DNA of 63,692 nucleotides, filler included, from Octopus bimaculoides (lineage: Eukaryota), in the NCBI RefSeq assembly GCF_001194135.2. It is 5 parts of 5 records of this genome, joined end to end, with 100 filler letters (N's around TTAATTAATTAA, not from the genome) between each part and the next. Parts side by side here need not be neighbours in the genome. Positions count along the whole stretch, not along the records: positions 1 to 28,384 come from NC_068997.1; 4 more parts are not named here. The stretch is one strand, 5' to 3'. The notes below the pieces were generated by a model that had not been told where the DNA came from, ran no database searches, and saw only the letters and a program-made list of their open reading frames with translations. This document shows positions 12,412-24,060 of the stretch, piece after piece. How positions within the stretch are numbered: the first letter of the stretch is position 1; each line of letters opens with the position of its first letter. The translations under genes and the position numbers were made by a program.

Positions 12412-14045
12412 TTTCTCTTTATTATTGGCACTACGGCCATAACATAGAGAGGGACATTACAAGGACAGACAATGTAGTACAAAACGTGGGGTACGTTTAA
12501 CGAATGAAAATATGAATTATTAAAATGAATAGAATGAAATGGCTTACGAGCCCCCCAAAGCACGCAGTTTCATTTTACCGTTCTATTTATACAGTTTAAT
12601 TTCCGTCTTCATCTGTTATAAGTTCGGTTACGTCGTCCAACCCAATTACATTAGGCAAACTCTCGAATCGAACAAATATTTTACTGCTCGTAATTATATC
12701 TGGGAACAACTCTTTTAATTTTTCCACTTTGTCTTTCTCTATTAGTACTGCTCTTTGGTTTGCTTCAAACATATCTGTGCTCAACTTAACTCTCGTCAAA
12801 TCTTTAATCTTCACTATCTTTTTTCCATTTCCATCTCTCTGGTAAAACATCAATGTTCTCAATTTACTCCCTTCCGGTCTTCCTGTTTCCACCACATGTT
12901 GTAGCTGTCTCTCTAATCTTCCTTCCCTGCCATAATTCTCACCACCTTTTCCAAATTTTGAATCTGCTTCCTCTGGTTCTAAAGTTCTCTTCTCTGTACT
13001 TTCTTTATTCTCGGCTGTATTCTTTTTCCCTTTCTTTTTCTTTGGGCATTTTGGCGGAGAGTCAACTCGAACTCTCTTTCTTTCTGCTGTTATTTCCTCC
13101 ACTTTTTTCTCTTCTTCTTTTTTTCCTTCTTCCACCACTTCTTCATTCGCTACTACTTCCACTGTTTGTACTTCTCTAAGGGGATACGTTGTCTGTATGT
13201 GTCCCCTACTTCTATATCTGTAACATATTGGCGGTCTCCTCTCCACCACAACTCTCAGTCGTGTTCCGTCGGGGAGCTCCAATTTATCTGCTATGTTGTG
13301 CAGATCTGGCAGGGTCACATGGATTAGAACTTCTAACCTAAAGCCCCACCAGTTGATTTCTCTCGACTTCTCTACCTTTACCACTTCCACCTCTTCCTTG
13401 CAATTAAAAACAATCGCTGCCATCAGCCATTCTACATTGATCTCGGGGAGTACTTTTCTTAAACCTATTCTCGCTACGCGTCTTCCACAGTAAGTTGGCA
13501 AGAGTGCCCACTTTGTCGACTTCAAGGCCACAGTAGAGAGCTTTCTCACATCCTCCTCGTTCTTAAATCGCACCTCCACCGTGCCGTATTTTTTACCTCT
13601 TGAATAGAAGGTCGTCATTCCCTTCACTTCACTGAGGCATTCTTCTATGTCGTCCGTTGCTGCGATTTCTACCTTCTTACTTTCAACGTTTAGTGTTCTG
13701 TACACTATCATTCTTCTTTCCGTGCGATGCGTGTCTTCTATGGGAGGCGTCACCTTAAGGCAATCTCCTTCCTTCACTATCAACTTCTTGTGTTTTAAAA
13801 CCGTGTTAATGTCTATCTTCACCTCCGTTATTTGCATTGTTTTAACAGACAGACTTTTGCCTGCTGACTCAGCATAGCTTGTTGTTTCCATACCCAACAA
13901 TGGGTAGTACACAAATCTCAAAATAACGTTCAACAATAATAATTAACAATTTCTTCAACAATATTTTGCAACAATTTCAACAGTTCACAAACAATTTAAC
14001 TCACCGCACGCAACGTTCTCTATATCCAAACTCATAAACTCAACT
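12412..14045 (-). mobile_element. ORF1-only non-LTR retroelement (1634 bp) with a 17-bp target-site duplication
   Basis: CTGAAGTAGCAAAACCA at 12395-12411 and 14046-14062; one long minus ORF; the 3' end reads AATAATAAAGAGAAA; no endonuclease or RT coding room. Confidence 0.85.
12596..13891 (-). CDS. ORF1/gag-like nucleic-acid-binding protein (431 aa), L1/Tx1-type
   Basis: Uninterrupted ORF from ATG (METTSYAES...); RRM-like segment (YGTVEVRFKNEED); zinc-knuckle-like CYRYRSRGHIQTTY (CX2CX4HX4C with two TGT>TAT changes); Glu/Lys-rich low-complexity tail. Confidence 0.8.
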   Translation of the reverse strand: METTSYAESAGKSLSVKTMQITEVKIDINTVLKHKKLIVKEGDCLKVTPPIEDTHRTERRMIVYRTLNVESKKVEIAATDDIEECLSEVKGMTTFYSRGKKYGTVEVRFKNEEDVRKLSTVALKSTKWALLPTYCGRRVARIGLRKVLPEINVEWLMAAIVFNCKEEVEVVKVEKSREINWWGFRLEVLIHVTLPDLHNIADKLELPDGTRLRVVVERRPPICYRYRSRGHIQTTYPLREVQTVEVVANEEVVEEGKKEEEKKVEEITAERKRVRVDSPPKCPKKKKGKKNTAENKESTEKRTLEPEEADSKFGKGGENYGREGRLERQLQHVVETGRPEGSKLRTLMFYQRDGNGKKIVKIKDLTRVKLSTDMFEANQRAVLIEKDKVEKLKELFPDIITSSKIFVRFESLPNVIGLDDVTELITDEDGN

Positions 14046-14309
14046 CTGAAGTAGCAAAACCAGCTGGCTGAAGATATTTGTCAACCTCTCGCAAATATAT
14101 ACATTTCTAGTGAAAACGCATTCACTGATTTCAAAAATTAGAAATGATCTAATTATAAATCTCACAGAGAGAATTAAGCAGCAGTATGCTGTCAACTTAA
14201 TGTGACAGTCCCAATAAGGGAATCATACTGCTGCTATTTAGCCCTAGGAAACTGGACCGCTTCCTGTCGGCCTTGACACATTTCCTGTGTCCTTATATTT
14301 GTCCTTATA

Positions 14310-14926
14310 TTGTAATCAGTGAATGTGTTTTCACTAAAACGACATGGATGCACCCTGGTTCTAAGAAATGGTATCTTGTAGATTACATCCTCTCCAGAAA
14401 ACGAGATACTAGGGACTTTGCTATTGTACGAGTGATGCGAGGTGCAGAGTGCTGGACTGACCGTAGGCTTTTGTGTGCCAAGGTGAATTTTGCTGTCAAG
14501 CCTAAGGTTAGAGCAAATAATGACAAGTTACCTAATCGGATTGATGTCAATAAACTTAAGACTTCATCAGTACGCAATGAGTTTGTGATGGAAGTTGTGA
14601 TGGAATTTGTCCTGTGATGGAAGCTAGAAGTCATTCAAAGAAAGAGTATACGAGGTTTGTAGTAATATTCTTGTCTTTATTGCAATAAAAACACCAAGAT
14701 TGGTTTGACTATAATAATGAAGTTAGTCTTATCTTAGAGGAAAAACGAAAGGCATTTAACATGTTTCAAAATGTTGACCTGTGGCTACGCATTTCAAGGC
14801 AGTAAAAGCAACAGTGCATAGGAAGCTGAGGATAATGCAGGAAAATTTGAGGAGTGATAGATGCGATGAAATCCAAGAAGCTTCAAATGCTAACAGTTCC
14901 AAACTTTTTTGCTCTCTCTCTCTCTC

Positions 14927-14984
<58 letters not shown>

Positions 14985-15878
14985 AAAAGTTTATAGACCA
15001 GTTTCATCAAAGATTGCACCGCTTCGGAGCAAGGATGGCACAAAATTATTAACAAATCCTAAAGATATTATTGGGGGGTGGAAAGAACATTTTGATGAGT
15101 TGCTCAATAGACCCACTAAAGTTGAGCTCACTTTTCTTGATAATGTACCTGAGAGATCAATAAAACATCTTATGGTTGAAATAAAAGGAGCAATCAGGAA
15201 ATTGAACAATAGAAAGGCCCCTGGCATGGATGGACTAGGTGCAGAGATATATAAATATGGTGGTGATCATTACAGTACAATGTTGACGGATGTGATTCAG
15301 CGGGTTCGGCATAGTGAAGAGGTTCCTCCGGATTCGCGTGATGCAACTATGGAGACACTGTATAAATCTAAAGGTGGAAACGATGTCTGTGATAATTATT
15401 GTGGCATCTGTCTGTTAGCTGTTGCTGGAAAGGCCCTTTGTAGGGTAATGCTTGACATTGTTTCTGCACATTACTGACGTAGTTCTACCAGAATCGCAAT
15501 TTGAGTTTAGGGATAGTAGGAGTGCTATGGATATGATATTTTCAGTTAGACATTTGCAAGAGAAGTGCATCGAACAGGATATGGACTTATACCAGGTTTT
15601 CTATGAGCTAACAAAAGCGTTTGATTCTATCAACAGAATTGCACTTTGGGAGACCCTGAAAAAGCTAGGATGCCCTGAAAAATTTGTGAGAATGCTTAGA
15701 CAATTTCATGACAAGATGGAAGTGAGCGCTAATGTTGGCGGTACCTTATCAGATCCAATTTCTCTAGAAAATGGTGTAAAACAAGGTGATATTCCTGCTC
15801 CTGCATTGTTTGCTATGTATTTTGCAATAGTCTTTCAAATAGCTTTTGAAGATTGTACTGGAGGGTTCTGTATAAATA
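14310..15878 (+). mobile_element. RTE-clade LINE middle segment (endonuclease C-terminus to RT), degenerate
   Basis: TTWMHPGSKKWYLVDYIL, KAPGMDGLGAEIYK, NYCGICLL..GK, LTKAFDSINR, NGVKQGDIPAP; interrupted by a (CT)n tract. Confidence 0.9.
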
Positions 15879-16345
15879 TAGTTGGAGCATATGCACTTAT
15901 GAGTGTTGCATAGCGACCTTTTCTTAATGGAAGTCTTGAAGACATCAAACGATCAGAATTACTACATGGTAGTTCCTCAAGGTTTGAAACTAGAGTTGTT
16001 TTCATTGCAAATCCCACTCCTGATTCTCTCTTATAGGTTTCCTCTCTACTGCTCCAAAATAAATGATACCCAGCAGATTTCTCTACAAAATTCCCCTTTC
16101 CATGAATTCTTGTTTCGGCTGACGCTGCAATGTCCGTATCATATCGCTGTAACTCTTTTGCAACAAGCGCAGATCTTCTCTCTGGATGAGATTTCAGACA
16201 ATCATTGTCTAATAACGTTCGAACATTCCAACATCTTATATTCATAAGCTTGCATCTTAACCTGAATTTACTCATAGTTGCAAGATGACGACCAGATCCA
16301 GGCTGTGGTGCCCTGGGACACCTGCCGGGCCAAACCACAGAACAA
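15879..16345 (-). mobile_element. RTE-clade LINE 5' end (APE endonuclease N-terminus), inverted relative to the adjacent segment
   Basis: CWNVRTLLD...ERRSALVAKELQRY...ETR...ESGVGFA...RLMS.RLPL...LISAYAPT. Confidence 0.9.
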
Positions 16346-17029
16346 AATGTTCCAGAGCCTTTTTGCCATTTGCTTCAGTATCAATATGAACTTTCATTGT
16401 TTAGTTGTGCCTTTTTAAGCTTCGGCCAGCCATGTACATACAAGATGTTCTTTTCTTTTTCTTCTCCAGCAATACCTGTGCTTGACACTTTTTAGAATGA
16501 GAAAAAGTGTTGCACAACAACCATTCCCACTCTCTAAACTACAAAGCATGATCCAAAAACAAAAGTAAGTCAACATCATTGGATGCATTTGCAGTCGTAG
16601 ATTTTATATCAGAGTGTCATTCTCCCAGTCTTTGCCCAACCAAAGACTAACTACAAGACAGCAGTGAATTATTTACATGCAGAGTTACTTTCTCATAGAT
16701 AGACTGCCTTTGCCACGACATGGGTAAGCACATGAGCCCTATCTATTTATTTAAAAAAAAACTAAAATAAGAAAAATTTAAAAAATTAAAAATTGAGATA
16801 AAATTGACTAAAATTAAGAATTAAATTGACATACAATATATACAATTTAAAACACAATATTCAATATGCACACAAACAATATATACAATACATACAGATA
16901 CACACAGTTTAAAATGCAATATTTACAATACATACACACACACTTAAACACTCCACACGCACATCCACAAACATACGTTGTTGAATGGCCGTAGACTACA
17001 CTGTAGTTCCTCCGTCCTTTGACAAGTCT

Positions 17030-17185
17030 TATTTTCTGTCCCGCAGGGTGTCCAGCAAGCACCCACCTCACCAAGCAAGCCATTGTGGGGTCGCCGGTTT
17101 AGTCACCGACAACCCGACCATATAATAGGTTGTACTGGACTACAAGGTACCAGTAGCACTCAAGAGCAACGTGACATAATCATAC
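17030..17185 (-). mobile_element. RTE-like 5' UTR fragment
   Basis: Reverse complement GCTCTTGAGTGCTACTGGTA...GTCGGTGACTAAACCGGCGACCCC...GCTTGCTTGGTGAGG matches 57430-57570; the RTE assignment is from recalled similarity. Confidence 0.5.
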
Positions 17186-17202
17186 ATACATGCATACATA
17201 CA

Positions 17203-17234
<32 letters not shown>

Positions 17235-18426
17235 CTGTGATTGCTTTGGGTACCTCTGACCAGCTATGCCTATTCTGTTCTTTGATACCAAAGCTAAGTA
17301 TGTGTGTGCATGTGTATGTGTATATATATTCTTATAATTTTGTTGCTGCTGTTGTTATTTAGGCTGCTTTTTTCTCAGTATTATTTCTTTCATCTCTCTA
17401 AGGAAATCCAAAAGCAATTTTATGACCAGCTTCAAGGATATATGTTTTGTTTGTATTTTTATATTATGTTTTCTTCATTCTTGTTTTGAAAAGTAATGTA
17501 ATAAATAAATGAGTAAAGACAGGATTTCTAGCAACATATTTCAGGGTGATTTTTAAACAGTTTTTTTTTTTTTTAGTCTGAGTGTACAGGGTCTACAATG
17601 GAAACTACAGGTCTAAAGCACAATTATTCATGGCCCCTGAAAAATTACTGTGAACCCTAATATACTGCATTTAATCTGTAGACCCTCAGAAATTTTGTAT
17701 GGATCCCCAGAGTCCATATGGATCCCGGTTGAGAACCCCTGACCTAAAGAATAGAGTAGTAATAAAATCAATAAAGTTAAAGTCTGTCCACAAGGCTGCG
17801 GATTTCGTGACCAGACTTCAACTTTATTCGTATAATATATACATAGAGAGAAAGTGAGAGAGGGGTGGAATGAGAAAGAGAGAAGGGGAGAGAGAGAGAG
17901 AGTGAGACAGAGACAGAAAATATCCATACACTCGGACATCAAACAAACAAAATACTGTTCAGCTTCGTTACCCTGGCATTCTTTATCATTCTTAGAAATT
18001 CACGAAACCAATGATCGATTTGTTGAAACCAGCAAACCCATTCTTGTAAACATGTTATGGTTCCAAAAAAGGATGGAATGAGCTGATGTCGTTCCAAGCA
18101 CTCTAGACATCAGCACTCTGGGGATGGCAGGTCCTTCGGCGGAAGCTGCGCTCCTTTTTGCGATGACTGACTGTGATATTGCCCGATCTGTCCCTTTAGC
18201 CTTCTGTAACTGTTACATGGAGTGCGCGATATTTGGTGGCTCGGCTGGATCAGTGATGCATCTGTATATTTGGTAAGATGGAAGAGCAGATGCTCTCTGG
18301 TGTAATTGGTATTGAGGTTGACTGGTAAGTGACACATACATGGTTCAAATCTAGCCATGAGACTTATTCTTGTCTCTCTAATTGACAATTATAATATCTA
18401 ATCATATTCAATCCCTGCTTTTACAG

Positions 18427-18582
18427 ATGGCACTGATAACCATTTAGTTTTGGTGGATATGAAGTTTAAAGGAACTGATGGCGCCAGAGCTGAGAGAATC
18501 CTAGAACTGAGTGATATTACAACCAACAAAAATACCTGTCCAGGAGACAAGAGTGCTATGGTACCAGGAGGAATTAGATAAG
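18427..18582 (+). CDS. SHMT: Serine hydroxymethyltransferase internal exon (156 nt) with in-frame TAA at 18579-18581
   Basis: ttttacag| (D)[50 protein letters not shown] |gtaaag; matches SHMT2 [51 protein letters not shown]. Confidence 0.93.
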
Positions 18583-19559
18583 GTAAAGTTCTCTTTGATT
18601 TGGACACTACAATCCCAACCTCTCCTATGTATCTTTTGTTTTTTTTTAATGCTTTTATGGTAAAGTCACATGGCCTAGTGGTTAGGGTATTGCACTCATT
18701 ATCCAGAAGATCATGGTTTTGATTCCTTGACTGGGCAGTTTACTCAGTTGTATATAAGTTCCACCAATAGTTGGAAATTAACCCTGCAACTGATTGACAT
18801 CCTATTCAGAGGAAAGTGTTGTAATCTTAGTTATTTGCTATGTAAACTGGATTCACTCCTAACCATCTGAGTCCTTAGGTTCATGACAAACCTAAGTCTA
18901 TGGCTGTTTTTATGAGTTCAGAAGAATGAGCTCTAGTACCTTCAATTTTTGTGGGCCTCAATCTTGGACTTGTGAGATTGATGTGGTTGATGATGTCTGA
19001 ACATTGCCAGAGTCAATGTTGGCAAGAGAAGGAATTTCAGAGGGTTGCTAGTGTCAGGGAAGAAAATGGGTTTAATGCAGAATATGAGGTTTTGAGACGT
19101 AGTAAGGAGGACAAGGGAAAAGGAGAGGAGTGTTCTCTGTGAGGAAGGAAGAAATATGCTGGTGTCTAGTTCAGAGAAATAGTAGTTGTAGCAGTGGTAG
19201 AAAGGACAAAGAGCTGAAGCAGAAAGTCTGTGATCCAGAGAGATTCTAGTTCATTGGTGATGGAGAAGAACGTTTATTTACCTATCAACTGAATTACCTT
19301 TCTGTTGTGGCCGTTTAGCCCTCGGTCATTCCTGATTGAGCCAACTTTTGATCAAAGGCATTCTAGCCATGACAATCCAATTTTTTCTGCTAGGGAACCT
19401 TGGACTACATTATCCAACACGTCCTTTACTAACATAGTTGATGTGATTTAAAGGAGATATTGCTGCTATTTCTAGCATACTGAGCAATCACATAGAAGTT
19501 AAATCATTGGCTTACTTGGATGTGATCTACAATGGTTGTATGAAGCTGTAGTCACAATA

Positions 19560-20060
19560 TCATAGTAATGTGAGTGATCTTCCAGTGTGGTCAAAGATAT
19601 CTATGTATGTAGTAGCAGTACTGTTTCCAACCATGTGAGCAGTACTTAACTGTGAGTTACCACTTAAGTATTTTCTAGCTATGAAGAAGGAGCACAGGTT
19701 TTTTTTAGGGTTGTCAGTTTTGCTGATGTTTACGTAGGTCAGGAGAGATCATCAGAAATTGTCAGTATTAGTCTTTATAGGAGCCTCAAAATCTATATTT
19801 GTGTGGTTTCTATATGTGATGTAACTTTTAATGAGTTACTGGGTCACTGTTGAGAATTGTCTTTACATTGGTTCAGTATTTGAGATGGGGAAATAACACG
19901 AAATATTGGTGTGTCACCTCACTACTTTCAGCATTAATAGATTAACCTATTCTGATGGTGCTAGATGACTGACAAATAATCTTATGAAAATATAATAGTG
20001 CTGTTTATATAACAGAAAGAATTACTAGCATCTAATTTGAGATGGAATAGCAAACACCGT
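19560..20060 (-). mobile_element. Highly degenerate CR1-like LINE fragment
   Basis: Weak minus-strand peptide echoes (ISDDLS, VKYCSHGWK) of the CR1 RT C-terminal region. Confidence 0.35.
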
Positions 20061-20529
20061 GTAGTGTAGCTGGTACTACTATTGCCTGGTAAGTGATTGA
20101 CAGAGGACTAAATTTCCATCAAGTTCATTGATCTTTTTCTGTTTCAAATTAGTGATCATAATTATCTAATATCAAAATCTTAATTGTTAATTTCTAAATT
20201 ATAATTATCAAATATTTGTTGATTCAATTTGTCCCCATCTCATATAAGAACAGGTTTATAAATGACAACATTCTGTGTTCAAAGTTCAATAATGTTGACT
20301 TTGACTTTTCATTCTTTTGGCGTCATTAAACTAAAGTAACAATCAAGTATTTAGTTATAGCGCATTATGTTCTGGGTTCAAATTCTATCAAGATATTACA
20401 TTTTAGTCCTCCACTTTAATCCTCAATAAAATAATGTACTGGGATTCATTTGATATTCTTATAAGCTACCCAAAATGTATACGGACTCACAATAGAAGAT
20501 TACCTTTTGATTTTGTAATATTTCTTCAG

Positions 20530-20637
20530 GAACACCAGCATTAACGTCAAGAGGATTTAAAGAAGAAGATTTTGAGTTGGTTGTTGATTTCTTTGACCAG
20601 GCCATACAGCTGGGGCAAGAAGTAAAGAAGAAGACCA
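20530..20637 (+). CDS. SHMT: Serine hydroxymethyltransferase penultimate-type exon (108 nt)
   Basis: ttcttcag| (G)[35 protein letters not shown] |gtgagt; phase 1 at both ends, compatible with the previous exon. The 156 and 108 nt lengths match my recollection of human SHMT2 exons 10-11 (to verify). Confidence 0.95.
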
Positions 20638-20873
20638 GTGAGTTGGCTATGTTTTATGTTTGTGCATAGTGTATAGATATGCGTGTCTGTTTGAGATTGT
20701 ACATTAAGAAGTGGATCAGTGAGTTGGCTTATATTGTATGTATATTTATAACACGTAGTTATGTGTGATACTGTTTGGTTTGGATGTTAAGAAGACCAGA
20801 AAGTTGCTTATAGGTATGTGTGAGTGTATATGTATTCATATTTTGAAGTTGGTCCATATTTTACGTGTGTATA

Positions 20874-20917
<44 letters not shown>

Positions 20918-23301
20918 GATATGCATATGTATGTGTGTGTTTTTGACTGTGGTACATTTGGGCTTGGAAATTAAGAGAAACAGTACATTTCTTATATTTT
21001 ATGCATGTATATTGTGTGTGTGTCGTGTGTATCCATATTATAAGTTGGTCCATATTTTATGAATGTGTATATAATGTAGGTGTATGTGTATAGGTGTCTG
21101 TGCTTGACTGTGATAATACTAAAACCAGTAAGTTAGTTTGTAACACAATAAACACACACATGCATACAATTTCATTTGGATGTTTTGTCCAAATGATCAA
21201 AAGCTGGTTATATCATACATATGTATATATGTGTGGATGGGTGGTCGAGGAAAACTTCAAGAGTTCTGAATAGATAATACCTTCTCGTGGGAGTTGCTGC
21301 ATATAGTCTTGCTCCCATCCTATTGACAAAATTATGTTGTCCTCAAAATTTCATGCGTCAACTTCGTACCAAGATCTTCCCAAATAAAAACCTGCTTGGA
21401 GTGGCTTACTATGCAGTGTTGGTAGAGTGCAATGTTGACATACTCAAAAGGTGTCACTATAGTATCGTGTCAGTTGAGGCTGGGCAAAAAAGGCATTGAG
21501 AGAAAGCTTTATTNNNNNNNNNNNNNNNNNNNNNNNNNNNNNNNNNNNNNNNNNNNNNNNNNNNNNNNNNNNNNNNNNNNNNNNNNNNNNNNNNNNNNNN
21601 NNNNNNNNNNNNNNNNNNNNNNNNNNNNNNNNNNNNNNNNNNNNNNNNNNNNNNNNNNNNNNNNNNNNNNNNNNNNNNNNNNNNNNNNNNNNNNNNNNNN
21701 NNNNNNNNNNNNNNNNNNNNNNNNNNNNNNNNNNNNNNNNNNNNNNNNNNNNNNNNNNNNTGTTTTGCATATATTTGTCTATGAACCTTCCTCACTACTT
21801 GCTTATCAACCTGCCTGCTTAGGTATCTCTCTGCCTGTTTAGTTACTTACCTATCTACATATCTGTTTGCTTATCTGCCTACTTCTTACCTACACACTGT
21901 TTTGTGTATCTACCCGTCTACTTAATTATGCTCTTCCTACTTCTCTATCTACCAGAAATTTATACCAACTTCTAACTCAAGTCAGAAATCAGATAACAAC
22001 TTCTCTATGACTTCATTTATCTCAGATTGTGGAATCAAGCATTCAACTTCTGAAAATACAGATAACCAAATCATATAAATTCTGATTTTATATTCCAAGA
22101 ATAATAATCCGGCCATATTTTTGAGTCTTATATATTTGAAGAATTAGTGTAATTCTGAAAACATTCCTATAACAAGGAACTGATTGGTGAATGTGTTACT
22201 ATTTTTACTGGTGGCTATGGTCATCAGAATGAATCTGCTAATCTGACATTACTATAGTAAACATAAAAACTTTGAAGTATTCCCAGACACAATATAAATT
22301 TAATGAGACTTAATCTTGGATTTTAAGTGTGCATTCTTAGACTGGAAACCAAATTATGACCATATATTATGATTGTGAAAACAGCAAATTATCATAAAGC
22401 TTTTCCATTTTTGATGGGTGTGTGGCACTCTATCACACCCAGAAGATACACACTTGCTTTTTAAAATTCTTTTTATTAAAGATTCAGTCAGTAATAAACA
22501 GTCTTGGGGTAAGGCAGGGAAATTATCTCATTACTCTTGCTAGAATAAGAATAACATTTTTTGATAAAAGCTTTTACTGTCAGTATTAAATGCTTGTCAA
22601 GCATTGGCATTCCTGTAAGCAATTCCCATGTGTGTGTAGAATAATCAACTTTAATAATATCAGTTTTCTGTCTTTGTAAATTACTTGTAAACAATTATGA
22701 TGCATCAAATTGTTTTTTTTTTTACCTCCTTTGTTTTACAATTAATTTCCTATTAAGAGGAAATTAATAAATAGTAAAACATTAAAAATACCCATTTCAA
22801 TTGCATTTATTTCTAATTGTTATAAAGTGCCTTATTTCTGGATGTTTAATAATTAGGATGTTAGAATTTGAACTTGGATCCTTTATTTTTAAGTTAAGGG
22901 TAATAATACAGCTGTTTGCTGCTTAGCCATTGAGGTTAATGATTGTAAAAAAAATTATAATCTTAACAACTCATCTTGGATATTTAGACATTTTAATATT
23001 TTCATTGTTCAACTAATTTTATATTGACAGACAATTAGGTTAATTGATGTGAAGACATTTAAAGTATGAAAACATTGAAGAGTTAACTAGAGATATTATG
23101 TTGCGAGACAAACATAGAGATATACAGATAAGATAATGTTAATGTAATTTGGATACAATTGAAATGCTACCTTGAAAATAAGTATGTGGTGAGACAGCAG
23201 ATAGACAGAGAAGTAAATTAAGTGTGCATATGTTTGACCCCTTTTTATATCAACCAGCCTGTGACTGCCACTAATTCTTTTTTTTCAAACTTCCTCTTTA
23301 A

Positions 23302-23515
23302 CCCCTTTAGTTGTCAAACTGGCTATATTAGACCCAAATATTCTTCCTTTTTTATGTTTAAACACCAGATGTGGCCTCTTACACCACCCTACAATGTCAT
23401 ACTAAAAGTAAAGTCACATCAAAATCTTAGTTACAATATAAAGCAGGATTAATACAAAACAATGTGAATAAATAAGCATTATTATATTTGATAGAGTAAT
23501 CTGAATGCTAGAAGG
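23302..23515. mobile_element. TTAA-flanked MITE (piggyBac-like)
   Basis: TTAA|CCCCTTTAG...AATGCTAGAAGG|TTAA; homologous to 46736-46954. Confidence 0.65.
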
Positions 23516-23729
23516 TTAAAGTGTTCTAAGTTTATACCATCCATTAAAATTTCATATCCTTGTTCTAAACATCAACTTAAGTTATTTTACTAAATTCTTT
23601 TTTTCCCAAATTTGCAACAAAAGTAGGGTATATTAGGGTTAATGTATGGAAGATGGAATAGTTATTGAAAAATGTAAGACTGTCAGGCAGACAGACAATT
23701 AGATTAAGTTAATATATTCAATTCAGATT

Positions 23730-24060
23730 TAGGTTGACTTTGGGCAAGTGTCTTCTGCTATGGCCTCAGGCCAACGAAAGCCTTGTGAGTGGATTTGAAA
23801 GGTGGAAACTGAAAGAAGCATGTTACATTTTAAGTATGTGTGTGTGTTACTGCCTCCTTATCTTGACCTTGTATGTTAGATGTATACAAGTGTCACTGTC
23901 ATGCAAGCGGTGTCCTTCATTTCTAATGTTCTGTGAAAACGTCTGGCCATGGGAAAATATTACCTTATTTGGAAATGGGTTAGAGTTAGCAACAGGAGAG
24001 CATCCAGCCATGGAAAATCTATTTCAAATTCTGCATGGGAAAGTGGATGCTAATTGATGA
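23730..24060 (+). mobile_element. SINE family B (family A head/core with a different tail)
   Basis: TTGGGCAAGTGTCTTCTGCTATGGCC...GAAACTGAAAGAAGC followed by an AAATATTACCTTATTTGGAAA...GCATCCAGCCATGGAAAATCT tail; homologue at 37080-37495. Confidence 0.75.

Noticed and set aside
16497-16565. Segment with a strong donor (AAA|gtaagt) upstream of the SHMT exon
   Set aside because: No SHMT similarity, and its phase would put the SHMT exon out of frame.
17400-17450. Possible decayed SHMT upstream exon (NPKA...QGY)
   Set aside because: Similarity needs frameshifts and is within chance.
21230-21510. Possible mariner remnant (WELL...AYSLAP)
   Set aside because: Only a faint echo of WEVLPHPPYSPDLAP; not enough to call.
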